Source: Chlamydiales bacterium (lineage in GTDB: Bacteria; Chlamydiota; Chlamydiia; Chlamydiales; JAAZZY01). Taken from it: a stretch of DNA of 64,000 bases. Position 1 is the first letter of the stretch. Every line of letters begins with the position of its first letter. The stretch is from assembly GCA_965206695.1 (NCBI GenBank), contig CBDBKM010000005.1, positions 143,730 through 207,729 of the forward strand, given 5' to 3'. Below the pieces are notes generated by a model. It was not told the DNA's origin, ran no database searches, and was given only the letters and a program-made list of their open reading frames with translations. Shown in pieces: positions 1 to 10,159 of this stretch. Both the position numbers and the translations under genes were made by a program.

Positions 1-420
1 CCGGAAGAAGCTTACGCGGCAAAAAAGTTTTTGGAGCGGTTTCAGGAAACCGCTTTATAAGGCAAAATATTATTTCAGCCCTATCTAAAGGGCAGTTTTT
101 GTCTCCAATGTGTTTTGAAGGTACTTGTAATACCGGGTTATTCAATATTTGGCTTAAGGAAGTTTTGACTCCTCAGCTTACACCCGGTAGTGTTCTTATT
201 CTTGACAATGCCGGTTTTCACAAGTCAGCGGAAAGCAGGAAAACAGTAGAATCTGCCGGTTGTAAGCTTATGTTTCTTCCTCCCTATTCTCCGGACTTAA
301 ATCCTATAGAAAAATATTGGGCTAATATGAAAAATAAAGTTAGAGAGATATTACGAAAAGTTACGAATTTTAAATTCGCCATTGATCAAGCAATCTTATC
401 AATATAAAATTAAATGACTA
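1..420 (+). mobile_element. IS630-family element type A, 3' part (cut by window edge)
   Basis: DDE C-terminus ILDNAGFH...LPPYSPDLNPIE; right end AAAATTAAATGACTA followed by TA; same sequence as the full copies downstream. Confidence 0.95.
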
Positions 421-557
421 TAATACAGAAAAAATGTTAATAGGATAGCCCCGGCAAAGATAAAATAAGATTGACACAGAAGTGTAAAAAAATCAAATAT
501 GGCATCTAAGAATCTTATTCAAACTATAACAACGGATTATGAAGGATAATTCATCCA

Positions 558-1757
558 GTGAAATTTATAGACAATTCTATTTCAAATAACCACATCCATC
601 GGGGCATTGTATTTCTTCTTATCATCCTCCTCTTCTTTATTTTTTTAGATGAGGTCATAGATATTAATTTCATTCATGCCGCTAAAAATAATTTTAATCT
701 TATCTACCTTCTTTTCATACTTCAAGCAATCTTTGCACCTCTACAATCCGGATTTTCGGATTACTTTTGCCGCAAAAAAAGTATCATTCTCTCTCTTATC
801 GCCAATTTTTTTAGTCTCAGTTTAATAAGCCATTCAAATGTCGGCGGACCAATTTTTTTAATCATTGCTATTATCATAAAAGGAGTCTTAGGTAATACTT
901 TACCGATGGCATGGGCCGCTATTTCTGATATTACACCACGTAAGGCCCTTCGTTTTGCGTTAGCTCTATCCATATTTGCAATAGCTTTTGGGGCATGGAT
1001 ATCCTTATTTGTGATATCAATAATTTCCACATATACGTTATTTCTCATTCTTTCCATTGATCTTGCTTTTTCTCTTATTTTAGCTGTTTTTTACTTTCAA
1101 GATACTAAGGATTATAGACAATATCCTCAAAAAGTTAAAAAATCATTTTGGCGTTTAGTCGCTGCCGAACCTGCTGCACTATATGCTTTAGCTTCTAAAC
1201 CAACCATTTTGTTTGCATTATTGGCTTTTTTCTTTTCAGAAATCGCATTTTATCAGATTTTTTTTAGACTAGAGGTCTTTGGTATAGGCTATTACTTAAA
1301 AAGTACTCCCTTTGCAATAGGGATCGCTTACCTTATAGGCACTATTCTAATGAGATTTATTAAGTTCAAAGACAGTATTCTCTTTGTTTGTGCATTAACT
1401 TTAATTAGCATTATAATGCTATTAATGTCTCTCTTGATCTATCTAAATATAACAGACAGATTATTTCTGGGACTATTTACCAGCGCTTATACCTTTGGTT
1501 ATGTTTTCTTTGTTCCAAGCCTTGTTTCATTCATAACTTCACATAAAAAAAATCCACATGATCAGGGAAAAGTTTACGGAATTATTAGCTCCGTGGATAT
1601 TTTAGCAAGCCTTGCGACTTTTATCGTCATTTTTTTATGCGAAAGGGGAAGTTTAACAACGATATTCGGCATATCTGCATTTTTTATTCTTATCAGTTAT
1701 ATTTGTCTTTTATTATTACTGATATTTGACACATCTCAAAACAAACACTTAAGCTGA
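558..1757 (+). CDS. MFS transporter (drug/H+ antiporter-like)
   Basis: 399 aa, about 12 hydrophobic segments, MFS motif A-like GFSDYFCRKK, and DQGKVYG. Confidence 0.8.
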   Translation: MKFIDNSISNNHIHRGIVFLLIILLFFIFLDEVIDINFIHAAKNNFNLIYLLFILQAIFAPLQSGFSDYFCRKKSIILSLIANFFSLSLISHSNVGGPIFLIIAIIIKGVLGNTLPMAWAAISDITPRKALRFALALSIFAIAFGAWISLFVISIISTYTLFLILSIDLAFSLILAVFYFQDTKDYRQYPQKVKKSFWRLVAAEPAALYALASKPTILFALLAFFFSEIAFYQIFFRLEVFGIGYYLKSTPFAIGIAYLIGTILMRFIKFKDSILFVCALTLISIIMLLMSLLIYLNITDRLFLGLFTSAYTFGYVFFVPSLVSFITSHKKNPHDQGKVYGIISSVDILASLATFIVIFLCERGSLTTIFGISAFFILISYICLLLLLIFDTSQNKHLS

Positions 1758-1773
1758 AAAGAGACTAAAATCA

Positions 1774-2799
1774 TCATCCAACAGCATTTTCTAAACAGAT
1801 CTCTTTCAAAGCCTTTATCCAGAATGAATTAGCATTAAGCCCTTTAACTAAATCTAGGGTATCCCCTCCCATTTTTTTAAATTGAGATTGATACTCCCCC
1901 TCAATTTCAAAAATGGTTTCCAAACAATCAGAGACAAAAGCAGGACAAAAAACCAGAATTTTTTTCTTCTTTTTTTGAATCATCTCTTTCAAAACATCAT
2001 TAAAATAAGGTTCTAGCCACGGATCAGAACCTAGGCGAGATTGAAAACAGATGGAATACTGTTCTTTTGTTAGACCTAAAGAATCAACCAATATTTTGGT
2101 TGTTTTATGACATTGAGCGGAATAACAAAATTGATTTCTTTCATCATTTTTCTGACAACAATCTTTTGTGCCTAGACAAAAATTGTTGGTATCCGCTTTT
2201 TTTATTTGCCTGATAGGCAACCCATGAAAACTAAATAGAATGTGGTCATAAAAGCTAAGGTCATAGTCTTTTGCTAACCTAACGTAGGAAGAGATGAAAG
2301 AGGAGTGATCAAAAAATTGATTAATAAAACTTAACTTCGAATAAGCTTGCCAAGATTTAATCTCTTTCATCACTTTTTCATAAATGGAACCCACCGTAGC
2401 TGATGCATATTGAGGAAACAGTGGAACAACTATAATATGAGCAACATTTTTACTTCTAAGACGATTTAAACCTTGTTTAATACCGGGCTCTTGATACCTC
2501 ATAGCAAGTTCAACGTGAAACTCATCTCCCAGCAAATCATTTAAGCCTTTTGTAAGTTGATTACCGTAAACTAAAAGAGGAGAACCTTCATCTGTCCAAA
2601 TAGATCGATACATTTTATAGGTATTAAAAGAACGAAAAGGAACAATAAGGCCTTTTACCAATATACTTCTGAAAAAAGAGGGTATGTCAATAACTCTAGA
2701 ATCCATTAAAAACTCATTTAGATAGCTTCTAATAGCTTTTAGAGTGCACGCCTTCGGTGTACCTAAATTAACTAATAATATGCCTGTTTTATTTTTCAT
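1774..2799 (-). CDS. hemH: Ferrochelatase
   Basis: GILLVNLGTP, GSPL, PLFPQYAS, LFSFHGLP, FQSRLG, FVSDCLET motifs. Confidence 0.95.
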   Translation of the reverse strand: MKNKTGILLVNLGTPKACTLKAIRSYLNEFLMDSRVIDIPSFFRSILVKGLIVPFRSFNTYKMYRSIWTDEGSPLLVYGNQLTKGLNDLLGDEFHVELAMRYQEPGIKQGLNRLRSKNVAHIIVVPLFPQYASATVGSIYEKVMKEIKSWQAYSKLSFINQFFDHSSFISSYVRLAKDYDLSFYDHILFSFHGLPIRQIKKADTNNFCLGTKDCCQKNDERNQFCYSAQCHKTTKILVDSLGLTKEQYSICFQSRLGSDPWLEPYFNDVLKEMIQKKKKKILVFCPAFVSDCLETIFEIEGEYQSQFKKMGGDTLDLVKGLNANSFWIKALKEICLENAVG

Positions 2800-2911
2800 T
2801 ACTCAAGTAATAGGGATGTGAAAAAGTAAAACCCTTTTTAATAATTGTATCATTGGATACTTTTTTATTCCCTCCATGTGGAGATTGCTGCGAGGTATCC
2901 CGTTTATGTTT
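2789..2911 (-). pseudogene. Orphaned C-terminal fragment of the NAD-dependent epimerase split by the IS605 element
   Basis: Reads ...DTSQQSPHGGNKKVSNDTIIKKGFTFSHPYYLSNEK*, stop overlapping the hemH start; resembles YeeZ-like SDR C-termini; lies directly beyond the IS right end. Confidence 0.6.
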
Positions 2912-3001
2912 TCTTGACAGCTCCCAACCCTAAAGGGAAGGGATTCCTAATTCATCGACCACTGCTAACAAACAAGCTAGTCTAACATGATCTCCAAAGG
3001 C

Positions 3002-4105
3002 TTACATTACCGACTGCCCTGCGGTATCGAGATTAATAGATGCATTAAGATCTCTATCGTGTGTTACTTTGCAGTTTGGACACTGCCAACTTCTCACACT
3101 TAAATCTAAAATTTCTATTTGGTACCGGCAGGCAGAGCATAGTTTTGAACCGGCAAAAAATTGATCTAATTCCACTATATTTCTTCCGTACCATTCACAC
3201 TTATACTTTAAAAATGTTAAAAACCGGCTCCATCCTGCATCCGATATATGCTTGGAAAGTTTTTTATTTTTTAACATCTTATTAATATTTAACCCTTCTA
3301 TCGTGATCGTTTGGTTTTCACGAGCCAACTTTGTAGAAAGTTTATGATGAAAGTCCTGCCTTATATTTTTTATCTTCGAATGTATCGAAGCCACCGATCT
3401 TCTTTTTTTGAGTCTGTTTTTACCTTTGACTTTAGCTTTGCTAAGAGAACGTTGTTTTCTTTTTAGTCTTTTCTTATGAAATCTAAAAGGTTTAGGTGCC
3501 GTAATCTTTTTCCCTGTAGAAAGAGTTGCGAATGTCGTTAATCCTAAATCTATACCGACAGAATTATTTCTCTTCTCAAAAGGGATCACTTCTTCTTCTA
3601 CTAATAGGCTCACAAAATACCTGTCACAAGAGTCTTTTGTGATTGTTATACCTGTTGGTGTACCTAAAAAACACCTTGACCAATGTATTTTTAATCTGTC
3701 TTTAGATTTTGCAATCTTAAGATTAACCCCATCCCAACTAAATGCTGACTTAGTTAATCGTATTGCCTGCGTACTGTGTTTGTTTTTAAAGCGAGGGAAA
3801 TTTGACCTTTTTTTAAAAAAGTTTAAAAAAGCTCTATCAAGATCTCTAAGACTTTGTTGCAGACAAACAGAAGAAACTTCGTTTAACCAAAGAAACTCTT
3901 TGTTTTGCTTAAGACTTGTCAAGAATGCCGATGTTTTAGAATAACTTACATTCTCTTTGTATTCCTGATATTTCTTGATCTTAAAGTTTAAAGCTTGATT
4001 ATATACAACTCCGGAACATCCAAAGCTTTTTGCAAGCAACTCCTTTTGTTTTTTCGTTGGATAGAATCTAAATTTATATGCTTTTTTGATCATCATGTAT
4101 TGCAT
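3002..4105 (-). CDS. tnpB: TnpB RNA-guided endonuclease, apparently intact
   Basis: KAYKFRFYPT N-terminus; RuvC residues VGIDLG, ITIEGL, HDRDLNAS; zinc finger CSAC...CPNC. Confidence 0.95.
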   Translation of the reverse strand: MQYMMIKKAYKFRFYPTKKQKELLAKSFGCSGVVYNQALNFKIKKYQEYKENVSYSKTSAFLTSLKQNKEFLWLNEVSSVCLQQSLRDLDRAFLNFFKKRSNFPRFKNKHSTQAIRLTKSAFSWDGVNLKIAKSKDRLKIHWSRCFLGTPTGITITKDSCDRYFVSLLVEEEVIPFEKRNNSVGIDLGLTTFATLSTGKKITAPKPFRFHKKRLKRKQRSLSKAKVKGKNRLKKRRSVASIHSKIKNIRQDFHHKLSTKLARENQTITIEGLNINKMLKNKKLSKHISDAGWSRFLTFLKYKCEWYGRNIVELDQFFAGSKLCSACRYQIEILDLSVRSWQCPNCKVTHDRDLNASINLDTAGQSVM

Positions 4106-4496
4106 TATATGTCCGGTATATATATATTGTCTATCCGGAAAGACGGAAAACCTCTAAAACAGCAGTTTTTAACCTTAGTTACCATGTTATTTGGTGTCCT
4201 AAATATAGGAGAAAGGTTCTTGAAGGTGATATTGTTGTTCGTTTAAAGGAATTATTAGAATTAAAAGCTCTACAACTAAATATAGAGATTAACGAACTGA
4301 ATATTATGCCTGATCACGTACATATTTTTTTAAATACCAAGCCTATATATTCACCACAATTTTTCATAGGACAACTTAAGGGATATACAAGCCGAATATT
4401 AAGGCAAGAATTTTCAAGCTTAAGATCTAGGTTACCCACACTGTGGACACGGTCTTATTATGTTGATAGTGTTGGAAAATTAAATGAATATACAAT

Positions 4497-7201
4497 CCGA
4501 CATTCCTAGACCTCTAAACAAGTTTTTCTAATTAAGCCATACATCCTCATTGCAGTCTTTCCAAACAAAACAATAATCTTTTTCCGAAGACGGGTTAAAT
4601 TTGTGATCATTTCTTTACAAATTCTCCGGGAAGTCTTCTGAAAAAAACGGATTATTCCGATACCTTCCATAATTTGGAAAATCCATCTTAATGTTGGATT
4701 TTTGACTTCCTTTCCTAATTGGTTGGGTAATGTCTCTTCTGTTTCTATCAATTTTTGTCGAAGTTGATATTGTCCGATATTATAAACCATTAAACACAAT
4801 GTCATAACCATCATTAATGCTTCAATGCGTCGAGGGGTTTTTAAAAAAATAGAATCAACCATAAACCAAGGATCTTTTAAAAAGCGAAACCCTCCTTCAA
4901 CCTTTTGCTGTTCTTTATATTCTTCTAACATCATCTCATCTTTATAATTTTCTCTATCGGTGTCATTCGTAGCTAAAATAAACCGTCCTTTTCTATTCAT
5001 CAGTTTATTAATTTCTTCTTCTTCCCTTTCAAAGCTAGCATGAATCTTGTATCCAACAACTTGTTTTTCCTCTCCTTGTTTAGGTTTGCCTAATTTACCA
5101 TATTTTAGAATCGGCAATATCTCACTATTCATGGAATATAAATGATTTTTTTTAGTCAATCTGCCCCAAGCTTTTTTAGCATCACTTTCGCATTTAAATT
5201 CCTCATTACCCAAATGCCAAAGTTGTTTCTTGAGCTTTTCTTCTGCCTTGGTCAATTTTTTTTCTAATGATTTTATCTCTCTCTGATAGGCTTGCTCTGA
5301 AAAAACCAAAAGCCATCTTTGTTTAATCCCTCCATAAAAAGAGGTGAAGCTGCATGTTTTATATCCTTTCTCCTGATCAATCCAATCAATTTCTTCTTCC
5401 GGTTTTTCTACTAATCTTTTTGCTTCTCCTATTATCTCGGGAACTCGGGTGAGCCATTTATAATCATTATTTTTTAAGAGCTTTTCTTTTGTGTATAACG
5501 CTGAATCGGCAACCCACTTAAACTTTGTTTTTACATCAATCTGTTGTTGAAATTCACTGATTTTTTTGATCGTCTCATGAAAACTTGCTTTATCAGAACT
5601 ATTGCCGTCTAAGGCTTCCATCCATAGAGGCATAGAACTCGGACCATTGGTAACGAGAGAAAGTACAACTTGTTTCAAATCAGGTCTATGATCTTTAGAA
5701 TAACCCTGCTTAATCTCAATCACTTGCGGATCATCTTTCACTTCATACGACCCATGAACGGAAAAGCTTGTTGTATCTATAGTATTTTAATTTTTATTTG
5801 ATAATATGTTATCCTTTTTTTTTTATACAAACAGTAAGGACAAAACAATGCCTAGAGCCTATTCAGTAGATCTTCGAGAGAAAGTATTACAACATATAGA
5901 AAAACATCATGATAAAAAAACAGCCGGCCATATTTTTCAAGTAGGTATCGCAACAATATATCGATGGATCTTGCAAAAAAAGCAAAAAGGACATTTAAAG
6001 CCAATCCGCAGAAAATATGCTTATAAAAAATTAGATGATGAGTTGTTATCTAAATATGTAGAAAAACATCCGGATTATTTTTTATCGGAAATTGCTCATT
6101 ATTTTTCAGTCACTCCGCAAACGATTTTTTATGCCCTTAAAAGATTAAAAATTACACGAAAAAAAAAACTACTCGCTATAAGGAAAGAGATGAAAAGAAA
6201 CGGGAAGCTTTTATGAAAGATTTAAAAAATATTCCCTTTGACAAGAGAATTTATCTCGATGAAACCGGGATTCATCAATTTTTATTTCGTGAGTCCGGAA
6301 GAAGCTTACGCGGCAAAAAAGTTTTTGGAGCGGTTTCAGGAAACCGCTTTATAAGGCAAAATATTATTTCAGCCCTATCTAAAGGGCAGTTTTTATCTCC
6401 AATGTGTTTTGAAGGTACTTGTAATACCGGGTTATTCAATATTTGGCTTAAGGAAGTTTTGACTCCTCAGCTTACACCCGGTAGTGTTCTTATTCTTGAC
6501 AATGCCGGTTTTCACAAGTCAGCGGAAAGCAGGAAAATAGTAGAATCTGCCGGTTGTAAGCTTATGTTTCTTCCTCCATATTCTCCGGACTTAAATCCTA
6601 TAGAAAAATATTGGGCTAATATGAAAAATAAAGTTAAAGAGATATTACGAAAAGTTACGAATTTTAAATTCGCCATTGATCAAGCAATCTTATCAATGTA
6701 AAATTAAATGACTATAGATGATGCGTTTTTTGTAGTAAATCATGGTCTAGGGCTATTCCAAAAGAAACTTCAGCAAATAATTTACTGCTCCCATATTTCG
6801 CAATATCATCCAAAGCATGACCTAAAGTATAATCTGTGAGATCTTCTGCTCGAAGATTGTTGCCAAGTAAATTCTCTATCGATTTAGAAGCAAAAAATTG
6901 ATGTGTTAGGTAGAGACGTCTATTAGTAAACCCTAATCCATTCAGAATCATTGCAATTACTGCCTGTCCCGCACTTACTTTTCTTTGTGGATGATTTTTT
7001 AATCCGGTATCAATCCTTTCCGCTACCTTTAGATCGCTGCAAAGTGCTGCAATTAATCCATGGTGATCCATGTTCACTGTTTGAATATTATCTCCTGCAA
7101 CTTCCGGCATAACTTTTCTCCTTGTATCAAATAAAAAGTAACAGGATAGGCAATCTATAATTCTAATTCAAAAAAAATATCTTACGGTCTAGGAATGTCG
7201 G
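4497..7201 (-). mobile_element. IS1634-family element copy 1, transposase split by IS630
   Basis: TIR CCGACATTCCTAGACC / GGTCTAGGAATGTCGG; TACAAT direct repeat on both sides; GYSKDHRPDLKQ, VADSALY, VEGGFRFLK motifs. Confidence 0.92.
5780..6714 (+). mobile_element. IS630 type A, full copy (two ORFs joined at an A10 tract)
   Basis: Ends TAGTATTTTAATTTT / AAAATTAAATGACTA, TA duplication; HTH ORF MPRAYSVDLREKV plus DDE ORF. Confidence 0.95.
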
Positions 7202-7286
7202 TACAATCAAAAAGTATATACGGAATCAAAAAAACAAATAGACACTTTCATCCCACCCTTAAAAAGGTGGGGTTTCTCGTTTAATT

Positions 7287-7601
7287 ATAAATCAATTGCT
7301 TACAATTATTTCTCTCTTTCAATGCTTCTTGGATTATAAGAGCTGTTTGAAGATAAGTATTTTCATATTGCTTTCGGGTTTTTGAAGCAACAGACACCAA
7401 TATAATATCAGCTTCTTTCAAGGTAGAAGCTAAAAGATTGCCATTATTACTATCAAATAAAAAGGTTTTATTGCTAACTTTTCTTAAATCGGATAGTTTT
7501 TTTTCTGTTGTAGTGGTCGTTGTGATATAAAAGCCTAAAGACTGAATAGAAGACGCAACTCTATATCCAATGTAACCACAACCAATAATTACGATATGCA
7601 T
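7287..7601 (-). pseudogene. NAD(P)-dependent epimerase/SDR (YeeZ-like), N-terminal part truncated by IS605 left end
   Basis: Rossmann motif IIGCGYIG; ORF runs into the IS just where the SS...YG motif is expected. Confidence 0.8.
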
Positions 7602-7684
7602 GTAACAACATTTAGTGGAAGGGTAATTTAAAATCCGGTTACAATGTAAAATACATTTAACCGAACCTAAACAAGGAAATAAAA

Positions 7685-7867
7685 ATGAGTGAAGTTTTAG
7701 TCATTGCCAGTAAAATAAAAGCACATATTAAAAGTGAATCCGGGATGAATACCTCGGCAAATGTTATGCCCTCTTTAACAAAAATTATTATAAAAGAATG
7801 TGAAAAAGCGGTTGAAAATGCTAAAAGAGACGGACGAAAAACCGTCATGGATCGAGACTTTGAATAA
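7685..7867 (+). CDS. Bacterial histone-fold protein (singlet, Bd0055-like)
   Basis: 60 aa, VLVIASKIK...GMNTS...long helix...AKRDGRKTVMDRDF with the histone R-(K)T-x-x-x-x-D signature; AAGGAA RBS upstream and own terminator. Confidence 0.88.
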   Translation: MSEVLVIASKIKAHIKSESGMNTSANVMPSLTKIIIKECEKAVENAKRDGRKTVMDRDFE

Positions 7868-7878
7868 AATCAACTGTA

Positions 7879-7901
7879 GTAGGGATGTTTTTCATCCCTA
7901 C
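7879..7901 (+). terminator. Putative rho-independent terminator of the histone gene
   Basis: Perfect stem GTAGGGATG-TTTTT-CATCCCTAC 11 nt after the stop. Confidence 0.65.
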
Positions 7902-7998
7902 CCTTGTATTTCGGTCTCTCTTACATAAGAGTGTACTCCTTCATTACTTTTAAGACCTTGTATAAAAGCATCAGCTATTTTATTCGTAATTCTTTTAT

Positions 7999-8273
7999 GA
8001 CAATTAAGCGAGAAAATCCTTTGCTTTAGCATTGGGATGAGAGCGCTTTTCTCTTGTATTAAACAGTTCTTTTTGTTTGAATTCCTTTATTTTTCAAAAT
8101 TGCCGTAGGGTATCCGGAAAGGGTTGTGTAAAAACCCATAACCTTGGAAACTGATACTACTACAAAACGAAAGTAATCCTACTTTAACTTAAAGTGGGTT
8201 GGTAAAGGATTAAAGGAATCTCCTAACCGTGAGGAATAGGAATCCAATGGCTTTAGTCGTTGGAGGAAGTCAA
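7999..8273 (+). mobile_element. Non-autonomous IS200/IS605 derivative (left end plus omegaRNA-like right end, no ORF)
   Basis: Starts TTAT|GACAATTAAGCGAGAAAA+hairpin like the other left ends; ends GAATCCAATGGCTTTAGTCGTTGGAGGAAGTCAA. Confidence 0.8.
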
Positions 8274-8300
8274 ATTAATTAATCCAAAATCTTACAATAG

Positions 8301-9173
8301 CTAAATAGTGTCGTCATAAAATAGCTCCCGGGCAATACGGCGAATGTGAACAGCAACCATGAATGATGCCGTATTTTTCACCTATCGAGTAGCAATACCA
8401 CGCCATCGTTTTAAATGAAGAAAAGCATTTTCTACAAGATATCTAAGTTTATATAGGCCTCTATCATGCCTTGCTTATGAGCTTTTTTAATAATGGCATT
8501 GCTATCATAACCACGATCTGCAAGAAGATATTCCGCATCTAATCCCTCTATTAAAGTACTTACTTGTGTACGATCCGCAGTGGTACCTTCCGTAATAATA
8601 ACTCGGACCGGCATACCATGCGCATCCACGGCCAAATATAATGTCGTGTTGAGCCTCCTTTTGTACGGTTCATATCTTGATTTCCTCCTTTCGCTCCTGC
8701 TGTATGGGGATGCATTTTGATATGGCTTGCACCAATTATTAACCATTCATAATCAGGATCCTCAACTATAATTTCCAATAAAAATTCCCAAAGCCCCTTA
8801 TCTCTCCATCGAATAAATCTACGATGAGTATTTTTCCGACCCCCATAGTCAGCAGCAAGATCACGCCATGATGCTCCTGTCCTAAAAACCCAAAACACAG
8901 TGTTGATAAAAAGACGATTGTCTTTTGCAATTGCTCCCCAAGTTCTTTTGCGACCGGAAAGATGAGATTCTAGTTTGTTCCAAAGTGCATCGGAAATATT
9001 GTGCCGTCTATACATTGAATTAGCCATAAAAAAAAACCTTTTTTATTAACTCACCTTACGCACGCCTTCTACTAAGCAGGCTACAGAATCAATCTCTCTT
9101 CACGAAAGTGCGTGCATAAGGTGAGTTATTAAGCAAATTATCAAATTTAAAGTTTTAAGACGATGCTATTTAG
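8301..9173 (-). mobile_element. IS5-family (IS427-like) element, degenerate
   Basis: TIR CTAAATAGTGTCGTCATAAAA versus its imperfect inverse at 9153-9173; RTGASWRDL, LAVDAHGMP, LLADRGYDS; internal deletion. Confidence 0.85.
9050..9125. mobile_element. 76-bp MITE inside the IS5 element
   Basis: CTCACCTTACGCACGC ... GCGTGCATAAGGTGAG inverted ends, flanked by TTATTAA on both sides. Confidence 0.7.
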
Positions 9174-9224
9174 AAAGACCTTTACCTTTTTATTACGGTA
9201 ATATCTAGGCTCAATCCTTGCCTA

Positions 9225-10159
9225 TAGTCGTTTAATTTTACATTGATAAGATTGCTTGATCAATGGCGAATGTAAAATTCGTAACTTTTCGTAATATCTC
9301 TCTAACTTTATTTTTCATATTAGCCCAATATTTTTCTATAGGATTTAAGTCCGGAGAATATGGAGGAAGAAACATAAGCTTACAACCGGCAGATTCTACT
9401 GTTTTCCTGCTTTCCGCTGACTTGTGAAAACCGGCATTGTCAAGAATAAGAACACTACCGGGTGTAAGCTGAGGAGTCAAAACTTCCTTAAGCCAAATAT
9501 TGAATAACCCGGTATTACAAGTACCTTCAAAACACATTGGAGACAAAAACTGCCCTTTAGATAGGGCTGAAATAATATTTTGCCTTATAAAGCGGTTTCC
9601 TGAAACCGCTCCAAAAACTTTTTTGCCGCGTAAGCTTCTTCCGGACTCACGAAATAAAAATTGATGAATCCCGGTTTCATCGAGATAAATCCTCTTGTCA
9701 AAGGGAATATTTTTTAAATCTTTCATAAAAGCTTCCCGTTTCTTTTCATCTCTTTCCTTATAGCGAGTAGTTTTTTTTTTCGTGTAATTTTTAATCTTTT
9801 AAGGGCATAAAAAATCGTTTGCGGAGTGACTGAAAAATAATCAGCAATTTCCGATAAAAAATAATCCGGATGTTTTTCTACATATTTAGATAACAACTCA
9901 TCATCTAATTTCTTATAAGCATATTTTCTGCGGATTGGCTTTAAATGTCCTTTTTGCTTTTTTTGCAAGATCCATCGATATATTGTTGCGATACCTACTT
10001 GAAAAATATGGCCGGCTGTTTTTTTATCATGATGTTTTTCTATATGTTGTAATACTTTCTCTCGGAGATCTACTGAATAGGCTCTAGGCATTGTTTTGTC
10101 CTTATTGTTTGTATAAAAAAAGAAGGATAACATATTATCAAATAAAAATTAAAGTACTA
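9225..10159 (-). mobile_element. IS630 type A, full copy
   Basis: Same ends and ORFs as 5780-6714. Confidence 0.95.

Larger units (their letters stand above)
4126..7241 (+). pseudogene. tnpA: TnpA (Y1 HUH transposase) interrupted near its 3' end by IS1634
   Basis: YHVIWCPKYRRKVL, PDHVH, LWTRSYY; last codons resume at 7202; ATG start apparently replaced by ATT. Confidence 0.85.
2914..7286 (-). mobile_element. IS200/IS605 element copy 1 (divergent tnpB/tnpA) with nested IS1634 and IS630
   Basis: Right end GAAT-hairpin-...GTCAA (minus strand) at 2914; left-end hairpin near 7250-7275 preceded by TTAT on the minus strand; matches copy 2 at 51788-54388. Confidence 0.9.
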
